This document shows, one piece after another, positions 1-13,812 of a stretch of DNA of 64,000 nucleotides (its first letter is position 1; each line of letters starts with the position of its first letter). The position numbers and the translations under genes are program-made. The stretch lies in assembly GCF_964204645.1 (NCBI RefSeq), contig NC_134032.1:16232275-16296274 (forward strand), given 5' to 3'. Source of the stretch: Tubulanus polymorphus. Lineage: Eukaryota; Animalia; Nemertea. The notes below the pieces were generated by a model. That model searched no databases. It had not been told where the DNA came from and saw only the letters and a list, made by a program, of their open reading frames with translations.

Positions 1-893
1 TTACGAACTGACACCCGTGACAAGAGGCGCCATTGTCCGCGCTCGCTCGCCTCATCTCCGGGCGATCGATACGTATGATTTTCATGTATACAAAAACCGC
101 GCTCAAAACCATCAATTTTTTTGCCCGACGCGATTCAAATATATGTATGTATAAACTTGAATAGTTAATGAGGATAAATTATTGACCACAAACGATAATG
201 ACCTCCTCGGGACCATGACTACATCGTCCAACAATCAAAACCGTTCCGCGCGTTAATTATTTGAAATATTCCGAGCCGCACAGAACCGTCTGGTGCGCAT
301 TTTAACGCTGATAACCTCCTCGAAGCGATTCTAATGGCTTTATAAGTATCGCTACCGCATTCATTGTTTAGGGTAGAATTTAAAAAGCGGATACTCTATA
401 ATGACAGAGTGTTAGTGGTCCGTCTGCTGTTGGTCGCAGTCCGGACGCGGCTGATTTTAGTTTTGAATTCCCTGACGCAAAATAATTAGCATATTTTTTG
501 TGTGCGGTCGAGTCGAATTTGATAAAAGCCTCGCCTGAAAGGATTCGAGTACCAGATAATTCATAAGTTCAAATTTCATATAAATACTATCTCTAAGCGC
601 GGTTCATCGTTAAGGAGACTTTTAACGGTCGCGTGGTTAAAGTCATCAGATACTGCGCACGCGTATCGCGTGTCAATGCCACTAGGGTCACGTGTATCGC
701 GTGTGTATCCTTTGAAATAGACGATGTTGAGAACTTTTGATGAAAAATGTAGAAAATATCGTTAAAATCTGTTCCATTAATTATCATCATGTTTACAAGA
801 AAAGACAAATTCCTTTGCCTAGATTTTTATGTAGGACATTTTTTATTGTCACCAGAGGCTGGCTCCATAGTTACGACGTAAGTCCAAAAATGT

Positions 894-1005
894 CTGTGGG
901 ACACCTACCCTAGCTGTGGGCAGTGAGTCCGTGGGATACCCTAGTTATGGGCAGTCAGGTTGTGGGATACCCTAGCTGTGGGCAGTGGGCTGTGGGCTGT
1001 GGGAT
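894..1005. repeat. Short degenerate tandem repeat (~32 bp x3)
   Basis: tgtgggataccctagctgtgggcagt repeated. Confidence 0.8.
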
Positions 1006-1938
1006 TCTACAATCTGGTGTCTAAAGCCACTATTATAACACCACTAACTAACAATGTAACACGTTGACCGCAACAGACGTTACGATGACAACCACGTGAG
1101 ATGGACATTGTTACAAGATGTTTTTAATCATAAAACTAGTGAAGGGAGAACCAAAAAAACGATCAACTGCCCCCGAGAAATGATTAAATCTTCCGATTTT
1201 ATCCGTGACATGCTTGCCAGTGGCGGTTTTATAGACAGCAGTGAAAGTGTAGATTTGATATCTCAGTCTTAGTTTCATCTGCCGAGGGGGACATCAGACG
1301 TTTACTCGGTGTTGTATCTTCGCCGGTTATTTCGACATGTTCAGAGGACCTGGTCCTATTCAGTTACAAGGTAAATACGACATGTCCATGAACTGAAAAC
1401 CACTGAATCTAAGGTAAAAGCAAGTACCAGAGCCCAGAATCAAAAAAAGGTTTCACTCTTAAATCGGTTTAGTATATCCGTTAATTCAATCTATCTTAAA
1501 TCGATTTAGGCCTTAATCCCTTATGTGAAACTGGGCCAACAGAAGTATCAATAAAACCAAAGCAAATATCTTCAATCCCGGCAAAAATAGTTATTACACT
1601 TTTTAAGGATAGAAATTGTACCATATATAAGTCAATTTAGTAGAAAATTTACATGTTGTTATGAAAACGATTGATTTATTAAAACCATTATTGCGCGTAT
1701 TGTTGCAGCAGTTTTAATGAATTCTAATTGTTGCAACAATCCGGTGAATATTGTGCGGTACAGAGTTTAACGTACTCACGCGATTGTTAGCGGTTCACAC
1801 AGGAGTATAAACAGCCACAGACACACATTGACCTGACCTCGGGGGCGCTCCATCGATGACATCGTAGCGTGTAGAAATTTATTCAAAACGTTGATTTTAA
1901 AGCAATTATTTGAACACCCTTGGGACACTCTACACCAC

Positions 1939-2233
<295 letters not shown>

Positions 2234-2571
2234 CGCACTCGAAGCGAGGAGGCCTGAATTTAAATAGCGCGTCTTCCAAAGAACAAAAGATATCAAAATC
2301 GTGTAATTTTCAAACGGAAGCGATTCCCACGATAAAGTGTTCCAGCGACAGACGACAATCATGACTTGTCGTACCGGAAAGATTCGAACCCAAACTGTGA
2401 TCTCTACGTATCGATGTGTAGCGATCGCCCCGAAATATCCCCGAACTCTATTAGCACTCGATTTCACAGAAGCAAGAATTATCATTTTCTACATAACTTT
2501 TACAAAACATTACAAAAGCACTTTGCACTTTGAGATATTTGTGTAACTACGGGGTAGAAACCACCGTCTTA

Positions 2572-2830
2572 GACCGGTCACCACACCTGACCGGTCACCA
2601 GTCACCACACCTGACCGGTCACCAGTCACCACACCTGACCGGTCACCAGTCACCACACCTGACCGGTCACCAGTCACCACGCCTGACTTGCACCAGTCGC
2701 CACACTGACCAGACAAACCGACAAACCATGAAAATCACTACTGGTCTATGGTCCAGTGGTTAGCGTGCTCTGCTGGTATGCCCGAGGTGTCGGGTTCGAG
2801 TCCTGCTAGGGTTAGGGTTACGGACAAGCT
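2572..2830 (+). mobile_element. 24-bp tandem repeat followed by a tRNA-derived (SINE-like) segment
   Basis: (accggtcaccagtcaccacacctg)x5, then A-box TGGTCCAGTGG (~2748) and B-box GGTTCGAGTCC (~2792); no intact cloverleaf. Confidence 0.65.
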
Positions 2831-4289
2831 AGGTTTATATTGAGGGTCCAAGTCTAGAAGGTTATATAGCTTCTGATGACAATCTAGCATTTTTGCTGAT
2901 TGCGTTTCGAACGTTTTGGTGAAATCTGCATACATTAAATAACAGTTCACCGCGGCGCGCGAACGTCAGGCTTTCATACATTTTATATGATGTATAAATT
3001 CTCTCAGGTAATTTCAATAGTGCGACAGACGATACACCTGGGAAACAAATATTACCCACAATCAACTTTCATCAATTCATCAATTATTACTGAATTTGTT
3101 AAATAAACTCTTTTTCAGTCCGTGTTGTGAAACAGGTGCGAGAAGAGTTAGTTTAAATTTAGTAACAATCGAAACTGTTGTGAGTTGATTTTTTTGTTGC
3201 TCGGGTGATGAAACTATTCGCGCTATCTGGAGCCTGTCAACGAGCGGTAATTTGTGTCCGCAGCGGCCATTGTCCGAACGGTCAAGTGGACCTATTGTTA
3301 CCCGCCTGTTAAACCACGGGGACACTTAATATCTTTATTAATAACTCTATCATTTTGCCATCATTGCATTTTTTGTCGTGTTTGCTCAGATTGGTCGGGT
3401 ATTTTTTGGTCCACGTGCGCCGTGGTCGGGTGTCCATTGTTTGTCGCCTTGTTTTCAGGTTTCGGCGGCCACTGATGACACCGCAGAGCCCCATCCATCT
3501 CATCCGCCCGATTGCACCCACAAGACTCTCCCGTTTCTTAGGATCTGTTCACGCGCATGTTTTTATAATAAGGTCACCCGGACCGGTCAAACCTCACTCG
3601 AACCGCTACTCAAAACATTCCTCGTTTTAACATTGCGTTATTTTGCGAGTGAGCAACAATAGACGACCGTTAGCTCGGTCGCTACGGGAGATGAATTGTT
3701 CCGTTCTGGCACCTATTGACCACGTAAGTACTCTCCACGCGTACTCGAGAAATCGTCTGCACCAGAATCAATTATTCCACAAACTGTTGCTGTATTTGAT
3801 CGGAAAATCAGAGCACAACATTTTATCGTCTAGTGTTTATTTTAATAAAGTCACAAATTCTTAAGTGTAAAATGGCAAACAGGACCAGTATTTGAGGGCG
3901 TCAAGCAGCCAGCAGTGCGGTGACACTCGCCCCACGACCCCCGTTCCTGCACCGCCCCACGACCCCCGTTCCTGCACCGCTGATAATAACTCGAGAGTAT
4001 TCAGCCCTGTGATGATCTATTATGACACTTTCCCGCGGTTTTATGTTACCGCAGACGAGAGAGGCCTGTGTTTGGTCAGTCACACGCGCAAGACGCGACC
4101 ACACGGACAATGGCCTCGCCTAATTGACCGGCCCCACCTGGCCCAGAAATTGGCCAAATTTGTTAGATTAATGTTCTCCATTAAAACATGCTCTCCTCAG
4201 CTGATGTCGTGTTATTTTAGCTTGATTGGAATTTTCAAGAGCAGCGAGAATTTTTTGTAACCTGTCATCGCATTCCGAATAGAGGAGCG

Positions 4290-4783
4290 ACTGAGGAGAG
4301 AGGAGAAGCTAGCAGGAAAGAGGAGATACTGAGGAGCTAGCAGGAAAGAGGAGAGACTAAGGAGCTAGCAGGAGAGAGGAGCTAGCCGGAGAGGAGAGAG
4401 GAGCTAGCAGGACAGAGGAGGGAAGAGCTAGCAGGAAAGAGGAGCTAGCAGGAAAGAGGAGCTAGCAGGAAAGTGGAGGGAAGAGCTAGCAGGAAAGAGG
4501 AGCTAGCAGGAAAGAGGAGAGAATGAGGAGCTAGCAGGAAGGTACAAACTAGCAGGAAGGTACCGACTAGCAGGAAGGTCAGACTAGCAGGAGGGCACCG
4601 ACTAGGAGAGGGTAGAGAGGCCGAAGAGAGGGTAGAGAGGCCGAAGAGAGGGTAGAGAGGCCGAAGAGAGGGTAGAGAGGCCGAAGAGAGGGTAGAGAGG
4701 CCGAAGAGAGGGTAGAGAGGCCGAAGAGAGGGTAGAGAGGCCGAAGAGAGGGTAGAGAGGCCGAAGAGAGGGTAGAGAGGGTA
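4290..4783. repeat. Purine-rich compound minisatellite
   Basis: gaggagctagcaggaaa variants at 4290-4600, then 20-bp gagagggtagagaggccgaa x~8.5. Confidence 0.93.
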
Positions 4784-5224
4784 GTTTTATTCGCAAAACC
4801 TCGGTGTCATTATTTTGAAAGGAGGGAGACACGCGCGAACGGACAATACGCGACTACATCCGCCTAGCAACACGATTAGAACACATAGGCAACAAAGTAC
4901 AAAAATATCAACGGCGATCATTATTGAAATAAAACCGAGACTCTTTCATACATTGAACACGAAACGGCGAAACCGCGACGCGCATAAAATGCATCACGAA
5001 TGAATGAAATTTATCGAATTTGTAGCGGGAGGGACGGGTTTTTTACCGTGGTTTAAAGCGAGGTAGCAGAGTTTGTATAGATCGTGGGAACTATAGCCAG
5101 ATACTAGGTGGAAATGGAGCGCATATTTTTACGCAAGTTTGGGATCATTAGACCTGCTTTCAGTATGGACCCGAGTTCCTGGGTTATAGTGAACTTCCGG
5201 AATCAAAGTTAATCTTTAAATTCA

Positions 5225-5525
5225 TAACCCCCAGTTGGCATAGATTTTTTGTGAGTTAGAATTGGAACTTATGATCCAGTTCCACAGAGTTACTCTGCAA
5301 ACCCAGTTCTACAGTTGTGAGTTAGAGTTAACTGTGAACTCAGGATCCAGTTCCACAGTTGTGAGTTAGAGTCAACTCTGAACTCAGGATACAGTTCCAC
5401 AGTTGTAAGTTAGAGTTAACTCTGAACTCTCGGGATTCAGTTCCACAGTTGTGAGTTAGAGTTAACTGTGAACTCAGGATCCAGTTCCACAGTAATTGTG
5501 ACTTTTAACTGGGTCCTGGTTCCGA
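5225..5525. repeat. ~44-bp tandem repeat derived from a MITE end
   Basis: ggatccagttccacagttgtgagttagagttaactctgaactca x5-6; related sequence at 11120-11210, 20620-20662 (reverse) and ~33170. Confidence 0.8.
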
Positions 5526-5920
5526 AATAAATCTAACTGCCACAATCTCCATCGAGCATTAATCACTGAGTCGTAATCCCTCTAAAACATCGCTTGTCGT
5601 TTCAATCTAAAAATACGATCGCAAAAAATGATCACATTTTTTTCCGACGAGGAGTTTAGAAACTATTGTGGTTTTCATATTTTCGATAGATCGTCCTTTG
5701 ATTATAATTCCCCTCATAAACACGCCCGCAAAATTGTAACCATAAGAAAAACCCGCATTTCTTTGAATTCCTTTCATGTGCGCGCATCGTATTGAAAACG
5801 TTTAGAGATGGTTCTATACATCGAGGTTGGATCATTGGACGGTTATTGTCATGGTAATTGCCTGCCAGTTGGCATACAGCGTGGGAGCCGTTTAGAGCAG
5901 GCGTTCTCACATCACCGACA

Positions 5921-6041
<121 letters not shown>

Positions 6042-7848
6042 GTACAGACCGCGCCAGACCTCGACCGTCGCGACTGTACTGATTCTAAATTCTGTCGCCC
6101 AGTAAAATCCACACTAATTACCGAATTAAACGTTCATAACGCATCACTTCAATAATTAACGCTTTCTCTCTGGAGAGAACTTTTGAAATATCACACGGTC
6201 GCGCAGGTTGACGATACTGTGACGAGAAATCTTCCCTTGCCATCGGCTATAGCCCTTGGATAATATAGCCCTCGTATGGGCCTTGTTAGCCCTCACTGAT
6301 TAAGTTCAACATTTCATCCAAATAATAATTCTGAGTTTATTTCACGGTGCCGATCAATGAAGTTAAGAAGTTACCATTGTCGACTAAATGTTGAAACTTT
6401 CTTATTTTCAATGCACTCAACAAAAACAAAAGTTAATTTGTGAAAGTCTGGCCCAGTGGCGGCGGGGATCCATCCCAATAGTGAGTAGAACGTAGTGAGG
6501 TCCCTGTGTCCGGATGGGGCGATATTTGGGGCTCGACACCAGTCTTTAAGGGCATTTCTTAAGTGCCTGACATGTGACTTTATTTTGTAAAGGTCAAAAA
6601 GAAACGTCGGCCTCGTTTACACTTTATTTGAAAAGACAACAATGGATACTGTTACACGAGGAAGGTCGGTTGTCAAAACGACGACACCTCCTCAGCAGCC
6701 GAATTCATTGCTACTTGTTAATTTACACGTTTAGACAATATGAGTGTGTCGGTCTGTACGTCGGCCTGTCTGCTCTGTCGACATTCCGGCACATGGTCGG
6801 GCCGACGTCTAAACTTGTCACGGCGCGGTTGCGACCCACGTCCGATCATGTTCAACCATTCTGTAGCACTTGTCTCGACAAACGCCCGAACTGCGTTCAA
6901 ACCCCAGATTAAACGACTAAACTGTTTTGATTAGGGGGTGGGTGTGACGCGTGCGCATGCGTCGCCACTCACGTGCACTGCTGAGATTGTTGCTGTTGAG
7001 GTTCCGGGCCCCCAGAGGGTCAGGCTGCAAAACCAGTACACCACCATTCTTATTTAATGTCCGATAAAAAAAATTCAGACCAATTTTAAATCACATATAG
7101 GACTATTTTATTCTCAAATGGCGGCTGTCCCTGAAGCCCCAGGACTCATTCTTACTTTCGCTATTAAATATAAACAGTTAAAATCATTTCATTTTAGCGT
7201 CAACGTTTTAGAATTCAAATCTGAACCGTCAACACTGTTGTAAACTGGATGCTGTGGTTTCCATGTCTCCCGCTGCAGCAGGTGCGTGTGTGGATTTGAA
7301 GGTATTTTACCTGGTGAACGAGGCCATTGTTGATCGCATCGTTTTTCTAGATATTTGTTATTTCATCTTCACAACAGAAAAAAAAATCTTATAAATTACA
7401 ACAATATAATCATCAAACATTACTTCCCTGCATTCCTCTGGATCAATAGAAATACCAAACCTGCCACGTGACTGACACGTGTGGGTGCGGTTGCCGAAAA
7501 GGATCGCTCCGGTTTTGTTGAAAGCCGTAAAAACCGCCCATAGCCCTTGATGTTATTGTACGCGTTTAGTCGCACGAATCTTCAGAGACCCCAATTAGCG
7601 GCTGGGGTATTTAAAAAAAGGCGAAGCGCTGAACCGTGAAACCAGACAGATATGAGTATAAATGCTGCCTGTGAATGAAACATATATTCAATATGTTATG
7701 ACACTGAACGGCGCGGGGACCCTTTGCGTATTGTCTCCGCAATGAAAGAATATTATGAAGATATTCATCTTAAAAGAAATAATAGCTTATCGTGTTATTC
7801 CATCGCCTGCGGTTTTGTATCCCGCGGTGAGTGTGCCCTAAACGCACT

Positions 7849-8019
7849 GGTCCGACCTCCAGCCCGTTCCGCGCCGTGCCGGGTCTCCTTCAGGTCCGAC
7901 CTCTAGCCCGTTCCGCGCCGTGCCGGGTCTCCTTCAGGTCCGACCTCTAGCCCGTTCCGCGCCGTGCCGGGTCTCCTTCAGGTCCGACCTCCAGCCCGTT
8001 CCGCGCCGTGCCGGGTCTC
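7849..8019. repeat. 44-bp GC-rich minisatellite, ~4 copies
   Basis: ggtccgacctc(c/t)agcccgttccgcgccgtgccgggtctccttca. Confidence 0.95.
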
Positions 8020-8123
8020 AGTACCGGGGTCTACGAGGAATTCACGTGGCTTTGGTTAAAAATGCGATGGAAATCACGGAAATTATCATTTGATACGATT
8101 ATTATTATTAATATTATTATCAA

Positions 8124-8154
<31 letters not shown>

Positions 8155-10318
8155 TCTCTGATAGAATTACAAAAAAAGTTGTAACATATATAGTTATAGT
8201 GAAACGTAGATACAACAGTAACAATATATTAGTGTTGAGTATTGTAATGATATACAGCAGGAAACGGCTAGAAAAAGCTTAAAGCTTTTGATATTACAAA
8301 CCCAAGGTCATTCGAAATATGTCAATTCTATCTAAAACTGTCAGAAATCAGACTGCATAATTACTGAGTTACAAAAAACCTCAAAACTACACATTCAAGA
8401 AATCTTGTAAGGCCCTATGGTTCTAGGGAAGGGGAGGGGTGTTAATCAGGGGTCGATCAGGGGACAACGTATGTTTTTTTTGTATATAGAATATAATGAT
8501 ATTCGATTGTGATTGTAGTTAGTCTGTGTGACACACGTTTTGTGTTATCAATTAGATCAATATCTAATACACTCAGTCACTCTAACTACTACCCACGTGG
8601 CCTGCGCAGTCAATCCCGTCGCTGTCACGCCGCTACCTCTTTCACGCTGCCCGCTTTTATCTGAGCATTTTTCGTAATTTCGAAAAAAAAAGGAGCGCGC
8701 CTATAGTTGTGCGACAACACAAAGGCAGACCGGCGCAATGTCAGGTCACGTCTGATGAACAATAGCTCCGTTAGAGAAAGAACCACAACCAGTTGTATAG
8801 TAGTTTCACAAGCACCTGCCCATATACCCCGGATATTAACCTTTAGTTTCTCGGGTCACAACCACCTGCCTGTAGTTAGCTCGTTCATCGCCAGATGGCG
8901 CGGTTATCCGTCGGTTTTTATTAGAAAATAAAGGTTGTTATAGATCGTTTTTTAATTTATTTGTTGTTATAAGTTTTTTTTCAAATTGATACGAAATAAG
9001 ACCAACTGCACAAGCCGGGTCCATAGTCAGGTCTTCTAATTGAAGATCAGTCTAAACCATTTTAGTTCTAAAGCTAACATTTTTAAAACCGCTTTTAGAT
9101 TTACGCCTGGACTATGGAACTAAACCCCTGGAGTAACATTCGTGATGTAACGTCGATTTTGTTGTGACCTTTGGGTCGTAATGGCGAATGTAGCGTCAAT
9201 TTCATAGGTATCAAAATAATGGAATTTTTTTAAATTTTATTTTCAATATCTTATCAATGGACAACTCAAGTTCGTAGGAGTCACTCCCATTTCCGGTTTG
9301 GTATGTCGTCACGTGTTCACACACCGTACGACAGCAGCAGACGGCGAGCGCGTGACAAAATATCGATTAAATCTGATAACGGATCAGAGAGATGAAAGAA
9401 ACCAAACACACAAAAACAACCACTCGAAAAAATCACATTATAATTGTATAGGTTTATATAGATATATAGATGCATTTTGTATTAATGCGCGATCGTTTGG
9501 AGTTGAATGGAAACTCAATAAACGCTTGAACCTATCCTCCCTCCCTCCCTCCCTCCCCTCCCCCTCTGTGTTTTCTAACCCATCCTATAAAATCCATTCA
9601 ACACCTTCCACAGAGCTAGGCTTCGGGTTATCGGGCTGCTAAGGTTTAGGTTATTCATATTGCCGATTTAATTATGAAACGTCCATCTTGTGAAAATCAT
9701 TGTTCTTTTAGAAATAAAGAACTGCATTTGAATGTTTCTAGCAAGCATTGCCAGGTAATAGCACCACAAAGTCTCGAATATCAATTTAAAAATCGGCATC
9801 ATATGGTCAAGTTCAAGGTGACTGTTTCAGCCAGTGAAAACAATCACTGGCAATAGGCTCTAATTGTAACCGTGCCCTACAGTGACTAGATAATTAATAT
9901 TTTATTTTGATCGCGGACCTGTGAAGCAATGAAGCACCGATTCAAAGGCCATCATCGCGTTCTCAATCACGATTAAAAGCTATTTTCTTAAAAGCTTCCT
10001 TTGAAAATTATGAAATGCATTTTGAACTCTACGAGTCTCGGCGTGAATGCGCTGAACTGGTACTCGACAAATTCTAATTGCGACATTAAAACGATATTTT
10101 AAATTTTTTGAAGTTTTTTATTTTCTTTTTGAAGTTCTCGCGAGCAGAGCGGAGTACCACTCACCGGTCGAGCGTCCTCGAAATGTCGACCCCTGGGGGT
10201 GACGGGTGACTCCCTGTGGGATGAAGGGTGACACTCTGCCTGGGGTTGAAGGCAGGCAGGTTGATCCTTGCTCTCTGTACTAGTCACTAAGAGTGACGTA
10301 TTGTGTCACACGTGGAGA

Positions 10319-10392
10319 GGCGCAGTGGCCGAGTGATTTAAGTCGCCGGACTGGTCTCGTCAATCCAGGGTTTGTTGGTTCAAACCCCGCTT
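10319..10392 (+). mobile_element. tRNA-derived SINE head or tRNA pseudogene fragment
   Basis: ggcgcagtggccgagtgatttaagtcgccggact...ggttcaaaccccgc: A- and B-box-like motifs, broken anticodon arm. Confidence 0.5.
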
Positions 10393-12134
10393 ACCCGTAT
10401 ATCGTTATATTCAAAATAAGATTTTTTGCGAATTTCTCTGAATTTAAACTCACACGTCCCTGAGACTCTTGAGAAATATTTCAACCTTACACATGAAATG
10501 TCTTTTCTCTCTTCTCGTTGTAAGGATAGAAATTAGATAACGACCCCCGTGTTACCTCAGCCCCCCCCCCCTCCCCCCTCCCCGCCCCACTAGTCTACAG
10601 CCGTGCTATATGCTCCACGAGATTCATACGGCTTGAATTTATATTTTAAAAAGCGCCTCTAAACATAAGTTACCATAATTTATTCATATTCTTATTCGAA
10701 TAATCATGAAAATGCTAATGAAACTGATTCACCTTGACCCGCGTAAATATTCGCCGCTAAAATTCGTAACAGACTTTAGAAATTTGAAAAGCATCATCAG
10801 CCGCGTTTTAATTCATAGACTCATAACGCGCGACCCCGTGTCGGTGAGGGTTCAATGTCACTACTCGGGGTAAGTGTATCCCGGAGCGTGTAGAATCACC
10901 GCCTGTGGCATGCGAGGACCTTAAAAACAAATAATATTTTGTTTAGCGACGGAGAATGAATCGAGGAAATCAAACAGCGCGTTCCCGGCAGCAAAAATAC
11001 AACATTATCCTTGAAAATTCTATCAAATCATTTTCGACAACGTCAATAAAGGAGGTTGAATTTGATTTGCGTGAAATAGATATAGCTTTATTGATCAGCG
11101 AGTATGGATTCATCATAGGACACAGTTCCACCAGCAGATCCAATTCCGCAGTTCAGGACCTCCTAGTATCGTAGTTCTGGATCCAGTGCCACTGGATTTA
11201 GTTCCACAGTTCTAGTTACACGTTTCAGTGGAGTATAATAATAAGTTCCATGCACATGGATTTGATTTCCAACTAAGCAGGGGGCGCTGTCATTGCTTCA
11301 CCAAAAACTATGAATATATTTTTTGAACAGATCCGATTGAGAATGATAATCATCAAGACAAACCCCCTGGGGAGCAGCCCCACCCGCCGGAGCGACCCCG
11401 TCGAGAAGAATATTATAAAATCCATTCTGTGACGAGCAATTCTCGAACGCGTTGAAGGACTGTGTGTTGAGATCAATCGCAAAATATTCAATTGTCAAAA
11501 TAGGCGAACAGATTGTGCAAAATGAAAGTTAATACGACTTAAAACGATGTGAAAATGGGATTGAATGACCGTGTTGGATGCAAGGTATTGTGATCCACAC
11601 CTTTACTGTGGTCGGTGCAGACGGACGCGCTGTCGTCTGCTGCTGATTTACACTCGATTCGGACACAACAGTCAAACTTCTAACCGAAACGCGATACGAT
11701 AAGTAGATCTAAATTGAAAACTTGAGCTGCGAAATGACGAGCTTTGAAAAAAGGATCGGACTAATTGAAAGTTGTGTTGGTTTATTGTTATAGATTATAG
11801 ATTATAAGGGTCCGGTTTACGGGGGTGACTTAGGGCCCCGAGTAAGGGCAGACGACTCGATGGAATTGAGGCCCATGTCCAAACAGATTTACCGCATCAC
11901 CGAGTTAAATAATTTACCTTTACTTAAAAAATCCGTCTCGTGGGCGGAACCTGTTTTTTTTTCTTTTAAACAAATGATGATCTTTACGGAACCATAAACG
12001 ACTTGATCTGAGATGTCGAATAGATTTTAGACTTCAGACACTGGGAGGGGTTGCAAGGAGGGGGTGGGGAGTGTGGGGGGCTTTTGAACAGGATTAGAAT
12101 TATTCATCCTTTGTTAACAGAGTAATACGGAATA

Positions 12135-12300
12135 ATGAATCCCGCTACATCATCAGATAAATGTTTACAGATTTAAAGGTTTTAAAATCAATTTAAAATC
12201 AATCAATAATCTAAATGACCAAGTGTGGTTGTCATGTGACGATGATCTCTAGTGTGAGATCGAAATGTCGTGTCATATTTTATTTTTTATTGAACTTATT
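12135..12300 (+). mobile_element. Degenerate Penelope-like element fragment
   Basis: Shares ttacagatt.aaag and tgacgatgatctctag.gtgagatcgaaa.gtcg with the 45.1 kb element. Confidence 0.5.
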
Positions 12301-13599
12301 GAACTATTTAATCTCTATGTACGAATTTCATTTCAAGTCCAATTACTATCAAATAATGAGACGTGTTTTTAGTCAATATTTTGAAAGTTGTTTTTGATTT
12401 TAATCTAATTGTGAATATTTTCTCCGTCCAGATGTTCCGTCATCACCGAACGTCGTCCATATGATTCAAGGTCACGAGGCGGCAGCATCGATGACAAATT
12501 AGACTCCTCGATTTCAAAGTTGTACTCGATCCTTCAACTTGCGCCTGATCGGAGAAACTGAACGACCCGAATTTTCACACTCAGATTCAGAATCTGATAA
12601 AAGGTTTTAAAATCATCTTTCGTGAAAATCGAAAGATTCCGCCGCCTATGCCCAAGGCGCCTCTGTTCCAACGACCCGATTCAAATTGAAAACAATCGGG
12701 GCAGTTATCACCCGGCGTTACCCCTCGCGTTATAGATTCTACATCAGATTCAAATTGAAAACAATTAAGGCAGTTATCACCCCGTGTTACAGATTTATTA
12801 TTCAAATATCCACAGATGTCTGCTGCTGCTGTTTGTGACCTTGGACAGAGTGAAAGGACTCTGTGCCCAGGTAACAATGTCCTTTATCATTAGAAACATC
12901 GTTTTTTTTTTATAGAAAATCAACTCAATCAGTTAAAAGTCAAAACGAGGGGCGTTGAGAACACGTGACAAGAGTTGAAAAAGTGATTTTTAATTAGGAT
13001 CCGTTTATAATAAGCGCCATTTTCTGTTAATACATAAAGGTGGGCGAACCACCTTCAATCAATTTTAATATCTCTTGATTCATACGCTCCATTAACTGTG
13101 ATGAGTTTATGTAAAGGTAACTCATTAACCGGCCTCATATCGTCTGCTCTTTGATCAGGAACCATTTCACGATCTCTCTCGCGCTCTTGTTTCTAATTCT
13201 AACGGGAGCCTTTTGAAGTTAAAACGTATTGGACGGTGAATTTCTCCTCAAGTGCTGCTGAACGAACCGAATATCAGATGATAAATGGACAGACGATTTG
13301 TAATCGTCTATTGTCACGTTGTCTGCGCACAGGAGCCGTCCTCTTTTAGTCACACCCGGTCACGATTTTCTCTTCTTTTTTTCATTATTGAATTCGTGAC
13401 GACCTTGAAATGCGGTTGAATGTACCCCCAGCTGAGCCGAGTCTTGCCGTCGGCCACTGAAGAGGTTCGCATTGTCACCAGTCAAGGTGAAGTCAACCAG
13501 GGCCATCATTCGTTATAACTAAAACTGAGATTATCATCGTGGATTTTGATGAGATTTTGATTTGAAATTGATAAATTTCACACGTTCAAAATAATCGTG

Positions 13600-13812
13600 C
13601 ACCAGCGGGACCAGCACCAACACCAGCGGCACCAGCACCACCAGCACCAACACCAGCACCACCAGCGGCACCAGCACCACCAGCACCAACACCAGCACCA
13701 CCAGCACCAGCACCAGCGGCACCAACACCAGTACCAACACCAGCAGCACCAGCACCACCAGCACCAACACCAGCACCACCAACACCAGCAGCACCAGCAC
13801 CAGCAGCACCAG
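13600..13812. repeat. Cryptic CAC/CAG/CAA trinucleotide repeat
   Basis: caccagcaccaacaccagc mosaic; explains the low-complexity ORFs at 13534-13965. Confidence 0.93.

Noticed and set aside
2740-2810. Functional tRNA genes (also 10319-10392 and 55310-55345)
   Set aside because: A/B boxes are present but acceptor and anticodon stems do not pair; treated as tRNA-derived repeats.
2806-2820. Telomeric TAGGGTTAGGGTTA
   Set aside because: Only about two units, at the end of a SINE-like repeat.
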